Shown: piece by piece, positions 38,815-49,030 of the stretch
Layout of the letters: each line of letters begins with the position of its first letter
How positions within the stretch are numbered: the stretch's first letter is position 1
NCBI GenBank assembly: GCA_965242725.1
Contig: CBDESZ010000018.1
Span: 128,001-192,000 of the forward strand
Direction: 5' to 3'
Length of the DNA: 64,000 nt
Origin: Alkalispirochaeta sp.
Lineage (GTDB): Bacteria > Spirochaetota > Spirochaetia > DSM-27196 > Alkalispirochaetaceae
Notes under the pieces: generated by a model
Seen by the model: only the letters and a program-made list of their open reading frames with translations
What the model was told of the DNA's origin: nothing
Database searches by the model: none
Made by a program: the position numbers and the translations under genes

Positions 38815-40881
38815 TTACTCCTCTTCGTGACGGTAGGTGGAGCCGGCGATAATTTCGTCGGCTATCTTTCCCTGAACCGGATCGTAGTGGTCGAAGGTCA
38901 TTTCAAAACTACCCGTACCGGCTGTCATTGACTTGAGGTCAATTGCATACCGCAGAAGCTCGGCCTGCGGCACGAGGGCGTCTATCTCCACGATGCCGCC
39001 ACCGAGCTGTTCCTGTCCAAGGACGCGTCCGCGTTTGGAACTCAGATCGGAGAGGACGTCTCCGAGGTACTGATCCTCGATGAAGACGGCAAGCTTCATG
39101 ATCGGCTCAAGGAGCACGGGACCACACTTTTCCATCGCCTGTCGCAGGGCCCCTCGGGCGGCAATCTTGAAGGCCATTTCCGAAGAGTCTACGGGATGCT
39201 CTTTTCCGTCAAAAAGGACGATACCGACATCACGAACGGGATATCCCGCGAGGACGCCATGTTCCATCGCTTCGTGCAGTCCCTTTTCGATTCCCGGTAT
39301 GTATCCTTTGGAGACGGACCCGCCTTTGATTTCATTGGCGAAGTCGTATTCCTGACCCCGCTCCAGGGGCCTGACGCGAACATGAACCTCACCGAACTGG
39401 CCGTGTCCGCCGGATTGCTTCTTGTGGCGATAGCTCGTCTCCGTGGACTTTGTAATCGTTTCGCGATAGGCGACGCGGGGTGGCCGCGTTTCCACTTCTA
39501 TCTTCTGCGACGCCTTGATTTTATTCAGAATTGTATTTATGTGAAGTTCGCCCATCCCGGCAATGACGGTTTCATGTGTTTCCGGGTCGAATGTGACGGT
39601 GAAGGTTTTATCCTCTTCGGTAACACGCACGAGCTGTTCATTGAGCTTGTCCTCGTCCTTCTTGCTGCCCGCAGAGATGGCGAGGCTGTAGACCGGCTGG
39701 GGAAGGGCGAGGGGACGAAAATGCATGTACTGGTCCGGTGTATGAAAGGTGTCATTGGTGTGGGCGTCGCCGATCTTTGACATGACGCCGAGATCACCGG
39801 CATCCAGTTCATCGACGTCACTCAGCTTCTTGCCGATGGTCGTGTAGAATTTGCCCGCCTTTTGTTTTTTTCCGTCCCGTTCGATGACAAATTCCGTATC
39901 GGACTTGAGAACGCCGCCCATGATTTTCACAAAGGACAGCTTGCCGCTGAACTGGTCCAGCGTTGTCTTGAAGGTAAGCGCCGCAAAGGGCCCATCCGCG
40001 GAAATGGTGAATTCCGACTCGTTTCCTGACTGATCGACGACGACTTCCCGCACGCCTGCCGGTGAAGGAGTAGCCCATGTGATAAAGTCAAGAAATACCT
40101 GAAGGCCTGCATTGTTCAGAGCGCTCCCGCAAAAGACGGGGACAATCTTGTTGTCCCTGATGCCTTCAGTGATGCCACGGTGAACTTCATCCTCCGTGAG
40201 ATTTTCCTCTTCCAGATACTTCATCGTCAGTTCGTCGTCGCCTTCGGCGGCGGCCTCGATGAGTTGAGCCCGGTATTCTTCAACGGCGCTGTTCATTTCC
40301 GCGGGAATATCGGCGGGTGCCGACGCGCCTGCGGCCCAGTATTTCATACCGATCAAGTCAATGACCCCGGTGAAATCTGCGCCGAGACCTACGGGAACGG
40401 TAATGGGAACTACCGTCGCCTCAAACTTTTCCCGAAGATCGTCGAGGGTCTTGTCGTAGTCCGCGCGTTCCTCATCCATTTTGTTGATGAAAACGATGCG
40501 GGGCATGTTCCGCCTGTCCAGACGGCGCCATAGTTTGATCGTTTCAATTTGAATACCCGCCCGGGCACCGACCAGCATGATTGCAGATTCAGCGGCGCGA
40601 AAAGCGGTCACTACCTCTCCCACAAAATCGGAGGCCCCTGGTGTATCCAGAATGTTGATCTTGTGATCATTCCACTCTACATGGCTGAGAGATGTGTGGA
40701 TGGAAATACCGTTCTCAACCTCTTCGGGAGTGTAGTCGCTGACCGTTTTCCCCGATTCCACCGTCGCCGGCTCCGAAATTGCCTTTCCGACAACCAGGAG
40801 CTGTTCAACGAAGGAGGTTTTACCGGTTGCTCCGTGTCCCGCAACCGCGATGTTTCGAATCATTTCTGTGCTGTACGCCAT
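38815..40881 (-). CDS. fusA: Elongation factor G paralogue (EF-G II-like: divergent G domain, canonical domain IV)
   Basis: GHGATGKT, NGISI, DTPG, NKMD, GMGELH, KKQSGGHGQFG, HPVDSSEMAF. Confidence 0.9.
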   Translation of the reverse strand: MAYSTEMIRNIAVAGHGATGKTSFVEQLLVVGKAISEPATVESGKTVSDYTPEEVENGISIHTSLSHVEWNDHKINILDTPGASDFVGEVVTAFRAAESAIMLVGARAGIQIETIKLWRRLDRRNMPRIVFINKMDEERADYDKTLDDLREKFEATVVPITVPVGLGADFTGVIDLIGMKYWAAGASAPADIPAEMNSAVEEYRAQLIEAAAEGDDELTMKYLEEENLTEDEVHRGITEGIRDNKIVPVFCGSALNNAGLQVFLDFITWATPSPAGVREVVVDQSGNESEFTISADGPFAALTFKTTLDQFSGKLSFVKIMGGVLKSDTEFVIERDGKKQKAGKFYTTIGKKLSDVDELDAGDLGVMSKIGDAHTNDTFHTPDQYMHFRPLALPQPVYSLAISAGSKKDEDKLNEQLVRVTEEDKTFTVTFDPETHETVIAGMGELHINTILNKIKASQKIEVETRPPRVAYRETITKSTETSYRHKKQSGGHGQFGEVHVRVRPLERGQEYDFANEIKGGSVSKGYIPGIEKGLHEAMEHGVLAGYPVRDVGIVLFDGKEHPVDSSEMAFKIAARGALRQAMEKCGPVLLEPIMKLAVFIEDQYLGDVLSDLSSKRGRVLGQEQLGGGIVEIDALVPQAELLRYAIDLKSMTAGTGSFEMTFDHYDPVQGKIADEIIAGSTYRHEEE

Positions 40882-40951
40882 GGACGCTCCTCCTGAGATG
40901 TATGAGCGTATATTGTTGAACGGTCAATGAAACGTGTCAAGAAAAAGTTAC

Positions 40952-42985
40952 CTATTTACCCTGTTCCGCCGGTGCGAAGTGAGAAAACTCCATCGCGTAG
41001 TTACCGCGGCCCTGTGTGGTGCTTCGCAGGGCGGTACTGTATCCGAACATCTTTTTCAACGGCGCCTCGGCGACAATGTGCTCAACACTCGGTCGGCTTT
41101 CAACGGAATGGACGATACCGCCGCGAGTGGTTATTCCGTTAATGGCGTCACCCATAAATTCCTTCGGGACGAGGACGTCCACTTTCATGACCGGCTCGAG
41201 GAGGATCGGGGCGGCGCCGAGGCAGGCACCGTCAAAACCGTGTGCCGATGCCGCCTCAAAGGCGAATTCCGTTGCCGTCTGCTCATCGTACTCCGCGTCG
41301 GTCAACTCCACCCCCACGTCGATACAGGGGTATCCCAAATGAATACCCGAAGAAAAACCGGCGAGGATTCCCCGTTCACAGGCAGCTGCAAATTGAGGCG
41401 GCAGTTTTTCCGGGGAGACGTGATTTTCAAAGTGGTTTCCTTCGCCCCGCCGGCGTGAATAGACGCGCAATGTAACGGATGCGTTGTTTTCCTTCCCTCC
41501 GATGACCTTGTGAAAGACTTCCCTGTGTTCATTGGTCGCCGATACGCTCTCGCGATAGGTGACCTGGGGATTACCGACTTTCGCCTTCACGTTGTAGTCG
41601 TCGATGACGCGGGTGACCAGTACATCCAGGTGAAGTTCTCCCATTCCGGAAATGATCAGTTCTCCGGTATCGTCGTCTTCCTTCCAGATGAAAGTCGGGT
41701 CTTCACGGGTGAGTATTTGAAGCACTTCCTTGAGACGCTCCCGTTCGCTCAACGTTTGCGGCTCGATTGCGACTGAAATGACTGGCTGGGGGAAGTGCAT
41801 GCGCTCAAGGACGACGGGGTATCCTTCACTGCCGATAGTGTCACCGGTCTGGGCAAGCTTAAACCCCACCACGACCGCTATGTCACCGGCCTCGATACGA
41901 TCCACCTGTTCCGTCCGATTGGCGTGCATGCGCAGTATCCGGTTCACCCGCTCGCGCTTCCCCTGATTGTGGTTGAACACCGCAACCCCAGACTTGATCG
42001 TTCCCTGATAGACCCTTACAAAGGAAAGACTTCCCGCCTCGCGATCGGCCTGAATTTTAAAGACCATCGCGACCGCCTGCCCTTCGGTTGTCCGTTCCAC
42101 ATGCACCGGCTCGCCCTTTTTGGGATGTATGCCGGTGATCGGCGGGAGTTCGTCGGGGGCAGGAAGGAAGTCGACGATGCCGTCCATGAGGGGCTGTACG
42201 CCGATATTCCGAAGACTTGCGCCGACGTAGACGGGAAGGAGCTCCCGGTCCAGCGTCTTGTCCCGCAGGATCCCCCGAATCAGCTCCGGGGGCACCGGCT
42301 GTTCTTCAAGCAGCAGTTCCGTAATTTCGTCGGAATAGGTGCTCACCGTGTCCATCAGCGACTCATGCCAGTGATCGGCCAGATCCCGGAGCTCCTGGCG
42401 GATAGGGCGTTTCTCAAAATGTTTGCCCTGTTCCGTATCGATCCAGTGAAGCTCCTCCATGCCGATAAGATCGATCGTTCCCTCAAACTCGTTCTCCCGT
42501 CCAATGGGCAGGAACAGGGGCACCGGCCGCGCTTTGAGTTTCTCTTCAATTTCCGTCAGGACGGCAAAAAAATCGGCACCGATGCGGTCCATCTTGTTGA
42601 CAAATGCGATCCGGGGAACCTCATACGCATCCGCCTGATGCCAGACCGTTTCCGACTGCGGTTCCACGCCGCCGACGGCGCAAAAAATCGCGACCGCACC
42701 GTCAAGGACGCGGAGACTCCGCTCGACTTCGGCCGTGAAATCGACGTGCCCGGGTGTATCGATGACGTTAATTGTGTGGTCCTTCCACTGAATCTGCGTC
42801 GCCGCCGAGGTGATCGTGATTCCCCGGTTCTGTTCCTGGACCATCCAGTCCATCGTCGCCGAACCGTCGTCCACCTCTCCGATGCGATGTGATTTTCCGG
42901 TATAATAGAGGATCCGTTCCGTTGTTGTTGTCTTTCCGGCGTCGATATGCGCCATGATTCCGATGTTGCGTATGTTACGTGCCAT
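40952..42985 (-). CDS. fusA: Elongation factor G paralogue (spirochaete EF-G2/recycling-type: canonical G domain, divergent domain IV)
   Basis: [39 protein letters not shown]; domain IV reads [10 protein letters not shown] and [11 protein letters not shown]. Confidence 0.92.
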   Translation of the reverse strand: MARNIRNIGIMAHIDAGKTTTTERILYYTGKSHRIGEVDDGSATMDWMVQEQNRGITITSAATQIQWKDHTINVIDTPGHVDFTAEVERSLRVLDGAVAIFCAVGGVEPQSETVWHQADAYEVPRIAFVNKMDRIGADFFAVLTEIEEKLKARPVPLFLPIGRENEFEGTIDLIGMEELHWIDTEQGKHFEKRPIRQELRDLADHWHESLMDTVSTYSDEITELLLEEQPVPPELIRGILRDKTLDRELLPVYVGASLRNIGVQPLMDGIVDFLPAPDELPPITGIHPKKGEPVHVERTTEGQAVAMVFKIQADREAGSLSFVRVYQGTIKSGVAVFNHNQGKRERVNRILRMHANRTEQVDRIEAGDIAVVVGFKLAQTGDTIGSEGYPVVLERMHFPQPVISVAIEPQTLSERERLKEVLQILTREDPTFIWKEDDDTGELIISGMGELHLDVLVTRVIDDYNVKAKVGNPQVTYRESVSATNEHREVFHKVIGGKENNASVTLRVYSRRRGEGNHFENHVSPEKLPPQFAAACERGILAGFSSGIHLGYPCIDVGVELTDAEYDEQTATEFAFEAASAHGFDGACLGAAPILLEPVMKVDVLVPKEFMGDAINGITTRGGIVHSVESRPSVEHIVAEAPLKKMFGYSTALRSTTQGRGNYAMEFSHFAPAEQGK

Positions 42986-43007
42986 GAAGGTCCGATCATA
43001 CCGCGTA

Positions 43008-43037
43008 TTGACAGGAATGTCAGCCGCGTGGTATCTT
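43008..43037 (+). promoter_or_regulatory. sigma70 promoter for tRNA-Val(TAC)
   Basis: TTGACA-18 bp-TATCTT with extended TG. Confidence 0.55.
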
Positions 43038-43049
43038 CCGCGGACTTCA

Positions 43050-43122
43050 GGGCGAATAGCTCAGCTGGGAGAGCGCCTGCCTTACAAGCAGGATGTCGGG
43101 GGTTCAAATCCCTCTTCGCCCA
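43050..43122 (+). tRNA. tRNA-Val(TAC)
   Basis: GGGCGAA/TTCGCCC acceptor, CCTGC-CTTACAA-GCAGG anticodon arm. Confidence 0.95.
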
Positions 43123-43127
43123 CTTTT

Positions 43128-43167
43128 AAAGCCTTACAGAGTAAGCAATTAACTCTGTAAGGCTTTT
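43128..43167 (+). terminator. Long hairpin/terminator after tRNA-Val
   Basis: AAAGCCTTACAGAGT-loop-ACTCTGTAAGGCTTT perfect inverted repeat. Confidence 0.75.
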
Positions 43168-43231
43168 CTATACTATAGCAGATGCATGGTATATGCATTT
43201 TATTCATAGAATCCACTAACATATACAGCAA

Positions 43232-44159
43232 GTGCCGACGGAAGACCACGTTACGGAGCAACGTCGACGCATTGAACTCTTGGTGTTCACATACCCCATC
43301 GCCGACATCGAGATAGAGAAACTCACATCGGGACATTTCGAAGATCGGAAGGCGGACCGTAAAACCTATGGGTATTCGGGACTGTCTGGCGGGGAAGATT
43401 TTCAGACATGGAAAGCCGGCGAGCTACAAGGGAAGGGCGTCTTAGTTATACCGGTAGAAGAGCGGGCTAATCTGCTCAAGAACGAGATCGGAAACAGGAA
43501 CGTGAACGCCGGGTTATCGGCGGTGAAAACGGCATACACGAATGGAGTCCACCGTCGAGCGATAGTTGTGAATCCTGTGGCAAGTGTGGGGAAGGTCCAG
43601 AAACGGACCAAATCCCGTGGGATTTTCACTCCGGCGGAGCTCCGGAAAATCTTCCTCGAACATACAGAATCATGGGGTTACGGCAAGCAGTATCGCGGGA
43701 ACAAGAACGCAAAGAGGCGGGGGACCGTACATGGGCCGTTCTCGCAATTCGAAGCTTGGTCATTTGGGTTGTTTGTTCGTCGCAACCACCGGAGAGAGGC
43801 CATCAGCGGTCCTCCTGTGCCGCTGGGAACATCTTCAGGATGATGTCCTGACATTCCCGGACGTGAAAGATCCTCGGAAAGACGGGCGCCAGGTTCCGTT
43901 TATTCCGGCCGTAGTTGAGGCCATTCGCAGCATTCCGAAAGGCGGGCCATTCATATGGGGATACGAGACCGGGCAGCCAATGGGGTACGCCTGGTTTGTG
44001 AAACGCTTCAACGCAATGATGAATTCTCTCGGTTTGCCGGAGTCGATGGACGGGATGAAGCGAACCCCGTATCCCTTCAAGGATACATCGGACACTCTCA
44101 GACGTATGGAGAGCGGGCGCTGTCGGCGTCGCAGGCGAGGTATAAGCGGCGGTGATTGA
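43232..44159 (+). pseudogene. Degenerate tyrosine recombinase/integrase remnant
   Basis: NVNAGLSAVKTAY...NPVASV...RGIFTPAELRKIF, then in another frame ATTGERPSAVLLCRWEHL, RQVPF, RTPYPFKDT. HxxR is decayed, there is no recognisable catalytic Tyr region, and it sits at a tRNA 3' end. Confidence 0.7.
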
Positions 44160-44337
44160 AAAGAATAAGGGAGGTATTGCCGGTGGTTGAGGAGTGCCTT
44201 CTCTGAAAGCAGGCTGAATCAGATATCGATAGGATCTCTGTCGACGGAGAAAAAACTCCGCACCGTGTTATACTACTGGTCTCCGACAGAACAAAAAGTG
44301 ATCACATTCTTATTAGACTTTTCTCTGGAGGTAGCGG

Positions 44338-44910
44338 ATGGGAATTATAAAACCCGTGGCTGGTTTGTTGGTATTGTTGACGGTCCTCACGTCTTGTATA
44401 ACCACGACGTACTTAGAACCTGAAGATGGAATTGACCAGGTTGCGTTCGGGATAATCGAATTGGATGCTGAGGGATTTGGGAGCTACGGCGGGGCAAGCG
44501 TGAATGGTAACCACAAAAGCAGTATTGAATTAACATTCGAAAACCTGGACACCGGAGAAGAAATCAAAGTGAGATCACTGCGGCCGGCGGGACTGTTCAT
44601 TGTGCCGTTGGAGAATGGAGCGTCATACCGATTGACCAAGGGTTTGTTCAAGGAGCACGGCGACGACGGTGCTTGGGCGAACGTCTGGATTGATAGGACT
44701 ATGGCAACGAGGTTTGAATCGAATGATTCTGGGGTTGTGAATCTGGGACGTCTCCATTGGGTCGCGAATGCGGATGCTGCGCTTTATGAGATTACCTATG
44801 ACGACGAACCGGGTTTTGATATCGTGAAAACAGCCGTGGTCAACAAGTATCCAGAGTCAGAATGGTTGTTGCGCTCATGGTCAAACACTGAGATTGTCAG
44901 GGTCGAATAG
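44338..44910 (+). CDS. Putative lipoprotein
   Basis: GGAGG RBS, lipobox VLTSC. Confidence 0.75.
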   Translation: MGIIKPVAGLLVLLTVLTSCITTTYLEPEDGIDQVAFGIIELDAEGFGSYGGASVNGNHKSSIELTFENLDTGEEIKVRSLRPAGLFIVPLENGASYRLTKGLFKEHGDDGAWANVWIDRTMATRFESNDSGVVNLGRLHWVANADAALYEITYDDEPGFDIVKTAVVNKYPESEWLLRSWSNTEIVRVE

Positions 44911-45209
44911 ACACGCCGCGATTTCTCCAATACGCGAGGCAAATGCCATGGAGGTTGAAGCGGTTGCTTAAGGTGTTTCCCGTCATCGAGATGATATTCA
45001 GTCATGAAAGAGGCAGAAGCTGAAGCTGTTCAGGAGGCCGGGACGAGGTACAGGCTAATCCGAATTTTCAAGTTTCCGTTGTGATCCGGTTCGTACCGAG
45101 ATATGATTCTTTTTACTCATCGACAAAAAGTCTCTAAGTTTAACGATTCAGTATTACTGAGTGCCGTCTTTTTCAAGGCGGTCCAAGGTATGACATCAAA
45201 GGAGATGCT

Positions 45210-45665
45210 ATGAACAAGGGACGCGGTCTTCTCGTCGCGGTCATCATTATGGTGGCGTTCGTCCTTGCCGGGTGTGACAGTACCGGTACGGGAGGCGGGA
45301 CATTTAATTCAAACGGGGCGACGTCGGGGACGATCACCATAACGAGTGTTTCGCCAAGCACAGGGCTGACCGACGGTACCTATACGTCATTCACGGTCGC
45401 CGTCGAGTATACCGCTGTGGGTGGCCGGGCGGAACTGGATGTCGGTTTCAATAATCAGGACAATATCAATGTATATAGTATGATTGGTGATGTCGTCGTG
45501 GAGGAGGGCAGCGGTAGTCATACATTCAATGTCAGTGCGACAACGAAAGATTGGGCGGCCGAAGGGGACTTCGAGGTAACCGTCGGCATCTCCGAATATC
45601 CTCACGGGGATACGTGGTCTCCGTTGGACAATGATTGGCAGGTATTGACCTTCGGCGGGATATAA
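45210..45665 (+). CDS. Putative lipoprotein, Thr/Gly-rich linker + Ig-like beta domain
   Basis: AAGGAG RBS, lipobox VLAGC, beta-rich composition. Confidence 0.75.
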   Translation: MNKGRGLLVAVIIMVAFVLAGCDSTGTGGGTFNSNGATSGTITITSVSPSTGLTDGTYTSFTVAVEYTAVGGRAELDVGFNNQDNINVYSMIGDVVVEEGSGSHTFNVSATTKDWAAEGDFEVTVGISEYPHGDTWSPLDNDWQVLTFGGI

Positions 45666-45722
45666 TCCGATATCCGACGACCTGTCCCCATACGCCAAAT
45701 TCCGGTACAATTCCGGGACATT

Positions 45723-47054
45723 ATGATAACCAGTGAAATAATTCGGTTTCTTGATACGGGACTGACCTCGACCCACGTTGCTCGGGAAATCAGCGCAAAA
45801 CTGACGGAAGCAGGATCCCGAGAACTGAATGACTCGTCGGCGGATCACATTTCTCCCGGTGACGTGGTTCACGTCGTATCGGGAGGATCGGTTGCGGCAT
45901 TCCACGCCGGGGATGCCCCGGGCGAGAGGGCGGCCGCTGTCATTGCCGCGGCTCATACCGACAGTCCCGGTATGCTCATGAAAGAGCGATCCGCCGAGCT
46001 GGTCGACGGGTTTCTGCAGATTCCTGTGGAAGTTTACGGCGGCCCGATTATCGCGACGTGGATCGACAGGGAGCTCATGATTGCCGGCCACGTCGCCCTG
46101 CGCGGTGGTGACGACGGCCCTGGTGAAATCGTCTCTTTTTCCAGCAGAAGGGCGTGGGGAGTCATACCCAATCTGGCGATACACTTCAATCGTGAAATGA
46201 ACGATTCCCTCAGCTACAACCGCCAGGACCATTTGAAAGTTCTGATACCCGCGAGTTCTCACCAATCGGAAGGGGAAAACGACGGAGCGACGATTTTCCG
46301 ACATCTGATCGCCGAAGAAATGGATGTTTCCGCCGATGCCATTATCGACATGGAGCTCTTTGTCCTCCCTGCAGCGTCGGCGTCGGCAGTCGGTCCCGGG
46401 GGAGAGATGCTTGTATCCGGCAGAATAGATAATCTCGCGGGATGCATATCTGTTCTGGACGGCTTCCTGGAGTCGGCAAGGACTCGCACGTCCCACGGGA
46501 AAGTTGCGCTGTTCTTCGATCACGAGGAGATAGGCAGCACAACCTCCACCGGTGCCGCCGGCAATCTCGCGATGCAGGGGGTGCGGCGTTTCCTGCGTGC
46601 CCTCTATGGACCGTCAGTCGGTGTAGACGCTACGCTGCGCCGGTCTGTTCTCATTTCAAACGACTGTGCCCATGCACGTCATCCCAATTACCGCGACAAA
46701 CATGACGGCGGATATGCGCCGCGCATCGGAGGCGGTCCGGTCATAAAGAAGAGCGCCATTCGCCGCTACGCCACCGATCTCGCCGTTGCCGCGTGGTTCG
46801 CCTCGGCCTGTGAGCGCGCCGGGTTTGCTCCCCAGTATCTGCAAAACCGTTCCGATATTCCCGCGGGATCAACGATCGGTCCTGCCGTTGCTTCCCGGCT
46901 CACAGTTCCCGGTGTCGATGTGGGCGTCCCGATGCTGGCGATGCATTCGGCCCGGGAAACGGCATCGGTTTCCGATATCGAAGGGATGGCGCGCGTTCTT
47001 GCTGATCTGTACGCCCGCGGCTACTCTGCGGGCTCCGGTGAGGGAACAGAATGA
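45723..47054 (+). CDS. M18 family (aspartyl) aminopeptidase
   Basis: AHTDSP, EVYGG, RIDNL, FDHEEIGS, DCAHARHPNY, GSTIGP, MHSARE. Confidence 0.92.
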   Translation: MITSEIIRFLDTGLTSTHVAREISAKLTEAGSRELNDSSADHISPGDVVHVVSGGSVAAFHAGDAPGERAAAVIAAAHTDSPGMLMKERSAELVDGFLQIPVEVYGGPIIATWIDRELMIAGHVALRGGDDGPGEIVSFSSRRAWGVIPNLAIHFNREMNDSLSYNRQDHLKVLIPASSHQSEGENDGATIFRHLIAEEMDVSADAIIDMELFVLPAASASAVGPGGEMLVSGRIDNLAGCISVLDGFLESARTRTSHGKVALFFDHEEIGSTTSTGAAGNLAMQGVRRFLRALYGPSVGVDATLRRSVLISNDCAHARHPNYRDKHDGGYAPRIGGGPVIKKSAIRRYATDLAVAAWFASACERAGFAPQYLQNRSDIPAGSTIGPAVASRLTVPGVDVGVPMLAMHSARETASVSDIEGMARVLADLYARGYSAGSGEGTE

Positions 47055-47557
47055 AAGCTGTGACCTTTTTTCGACACGCCAAATCTGAGCGGGAACGACA
47101 CGGTTCGGGTGATTTCGATCGGCCCCTCACGGAACGGGGACGGGAAGATTGCGGCCGTATCGGTACCATCATTCCATTCATGCTTCCGCCGCCGCAGATT
47201 TTTCTGACCTCACCGGCCCGCCGGGCAAAAGAAACGGCCGTCCTTCTGTCGGAAGCGGCGGCAAAAAGTCGGGCAATGCCCATTCCGTCGCCGGAAGAAC
47301 ACGATGCGCTCTATCTCGCCGACGAAGACACGGTGTGGGATTTCTGTCATTCCGCTCTTATGGAGGCCGACGAAGTGTGGATTTGCGGTCACAATCCGGG
47401 CATATCCGAGGCCCTTGCCATGCTTTCCGGCCTCGCCCTCTACGATATACCGACCCTCGGTACGGCGAGAGTCGTCTTTTCCGAGCTGTCACCGTCACCT
47501 CCGGTCGGTAAACTCGTCTTCTACGATACCCCCAGGAATCATCGAGGTCACCCGTGA
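47051..47557 (+). CDS. SixA-like histidine phosphatase
   Basis: RHAKS, DFDRPLTERG, TSPARRA, GHNPG. Confidence 0.88.
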   Translation: MKAVTFFRHAKSERERHGSGDFDRPLTERGREDCGRIGTIIPFMLPPPQIFLTSPARRAKETAVLLSEAAAKSRAMPIPSPEEHDALYLADEDTVWDFCHSALMEADEVWICGHNPGISEALAMLSGLALYDIPTLGTARVVFSELSPSPPVGKLVFYDTPRNHRGHP

Positions 47558-48279
47558 ACGCCGGGCCGGTCGAAACGGGCGGTCGTGATTGGTCCATCGT
47601 CCTCATCCAACCCGCCCGTGGCGGCAATATCGGTGCCGCTGCACGGGCAATGAAGACTATGGGATTTACCGACTTGCGAGTTGTCGATCCGTCGGGTACG
47701 GCGCCCCTGGATGACCCGGAAGCGGCGGCGTTTGCCCACGGTTCCACTGAAATTCTTGCCGCCGCGACGAGGTGGGATTCCCTTGCCGACGCTCTGGCAG
47801 ACTGTGACACCGTCGTAGGCACAACGGGACGACGGAGAGGGAACCGGTCGGAGCTCTACACGCCTGAAGATCTGATACCGCTTCTTACCGACGGTCCGGC
47901 CGCCCGCCGCGTCGCCGTCGTCTTCGGACCCGAAGAGCGGGGTCTGAGCAATGACGAGCTTGACCAGTGCGACATCGTCAGTGCCATTCCCATGCGTGCC
48001 GCCTATCCCTCTCTCAATCTGGGACAGGCGGTGATGGTTTATACCTACGCCCTTTCCCCCCTTCTCTTTGCCACCAGAAAGAAGGAAGAGGGATTGCCGG
48101 CCGACGGAAGCGTACGGTCAATACGGGAAAAGACGAAACGAGTGCTTCCACATCTCGGATTTGATCCGGGCCGGGCAATTACAACACGTATTCTGGAACG
48201 GGTAGTACTGGTCTCGGAAACAGATACCAAACTGATACATTCACTCTTGAACGCTCTGGAAAAACGAATTATCCCGTAG
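47554..48279 (+). CDS. TrmJ/LasT family tRNA/rRNA methyltransferase (SPOUT)
   Basis: NIGAAARAMKTMG, VFGPEERGLSN, YPSLNLGQAV. Confidence 0.9.
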   Translation: MNAGPVETGGRDWSIVLIQPARGGNIGAAARAMKTMGFTDLRVVDPSGTAPLDDPEAAAFAHGSTEILAAATRWDSLADALADCDTVVGTTGRRRGNRSELYTPEDLIPLLTDGPAARRVAVVFGPEERGLSNDELDQCDIVSAIPMRAAYPSLNLGQAVMVYTYALSPLLFATRKKEEGLPADGSVRSIREKTKRVLPHLGFDPGRAITTRILERVVLVSETDTKLIHSLLNALEKRIIP

Positions 48280-48990
48280 CGCGCCGTCCCGCAGCAGCCT
48301 GTCCACATCGTTCCAGAGTGATGTTAAAGGCAAGGGCGCCGTGAACGTAAGCGGCAGCGAAAGGGTCGGATGGGGCGTCGTGAGGCGCCACGCATAGAGG
48401 CCGATGCTGCGATCCCGCATCGGTCTGCGTGCACCGTATCGGGCGTCGCCAAGGATGTTCCATCCCCGATGCGCAAGTTGAGCGCGAATCTGATGGTGCC
48501 GGCCCGTCTTCAGCCGGACCAGCAATACCGTGTGATGGGTGGTCCTGCCGACGATGCGATAATGAAGTACAGCTTCTTTTCCACCGGCGGTGCCGCGTCC
48601 GCCCGTGGCCACCACCGTGGTTGTCGGATTCGCGGTGTCGACGGTAAGGATGTCCGCGAGCTCTCCTTCCTCACGGTCCGGCGGCGACGTCACGATCGCG
48701 ACGTAGAATCGCGCGGCCCGCTGATGTGCAAATGCGTCGTAGAAGAAGGGAAGGGTTTCTTTTCTTCTTCCGAGAAGAACGATGCCGCCGACGGGTTGAT
48801 CAATGCGATGAATGAGCTGCAACTCAGGTTCTTCCAGCGTCCGGCGCCAGTGGTCCAGAAGTGGTGCCGGAGCGGGTTTCCCGTTTCGGCCCCCTCTCTT
48901 ACCGGTACCGCCACGATCGCCGCCCACCGGTTCTCCAGCCGCCTTGTTGATCACCACCAGATCGCTGTCCAGGAAGAGTAATTCGCCCAT
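48241..48990 (-). CDS. RluA family pseudouridine synthase
   Basis: VINKAAG, HRIDQPVGG, TGRHHQIRAQL, ILGDARYG. Confidence 0.9.
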   Translation of the reverse strand: MGELLFLDSDLVVINKAAGEPVGGDRGGTGKRGGRNGKPAPAPLLDHWRRTLEEPELQLIHRIDQPVGGIVLLGRRKETLPFFYDAFAHQRAARFYVAIVTSPPDREEGELADILTVDTANPTTTVVATGGRGTAGGKEAVLHYRIVGRTTHHTVLLVRLKTGRHHQIRAQLAHRGWNILGDARYGARRPMRDRSIGLYAWRLTTPHPTLSLPLTFTAPLPLTSLWNDVDRLLRDGALRDNSFFQSVQE

Positions 48991-49030
48991 GTCTCTATGG
49001 ATACACATTCGGCCCCTCTTAGGCCATACT

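Noticed and set aside
45004..45084. 26-codon ORF MKEAEAEAVQEAGTRYRL... in the islet
   Set aside because: Too short, with no clear RBS; may be island debris and cannot be supported.
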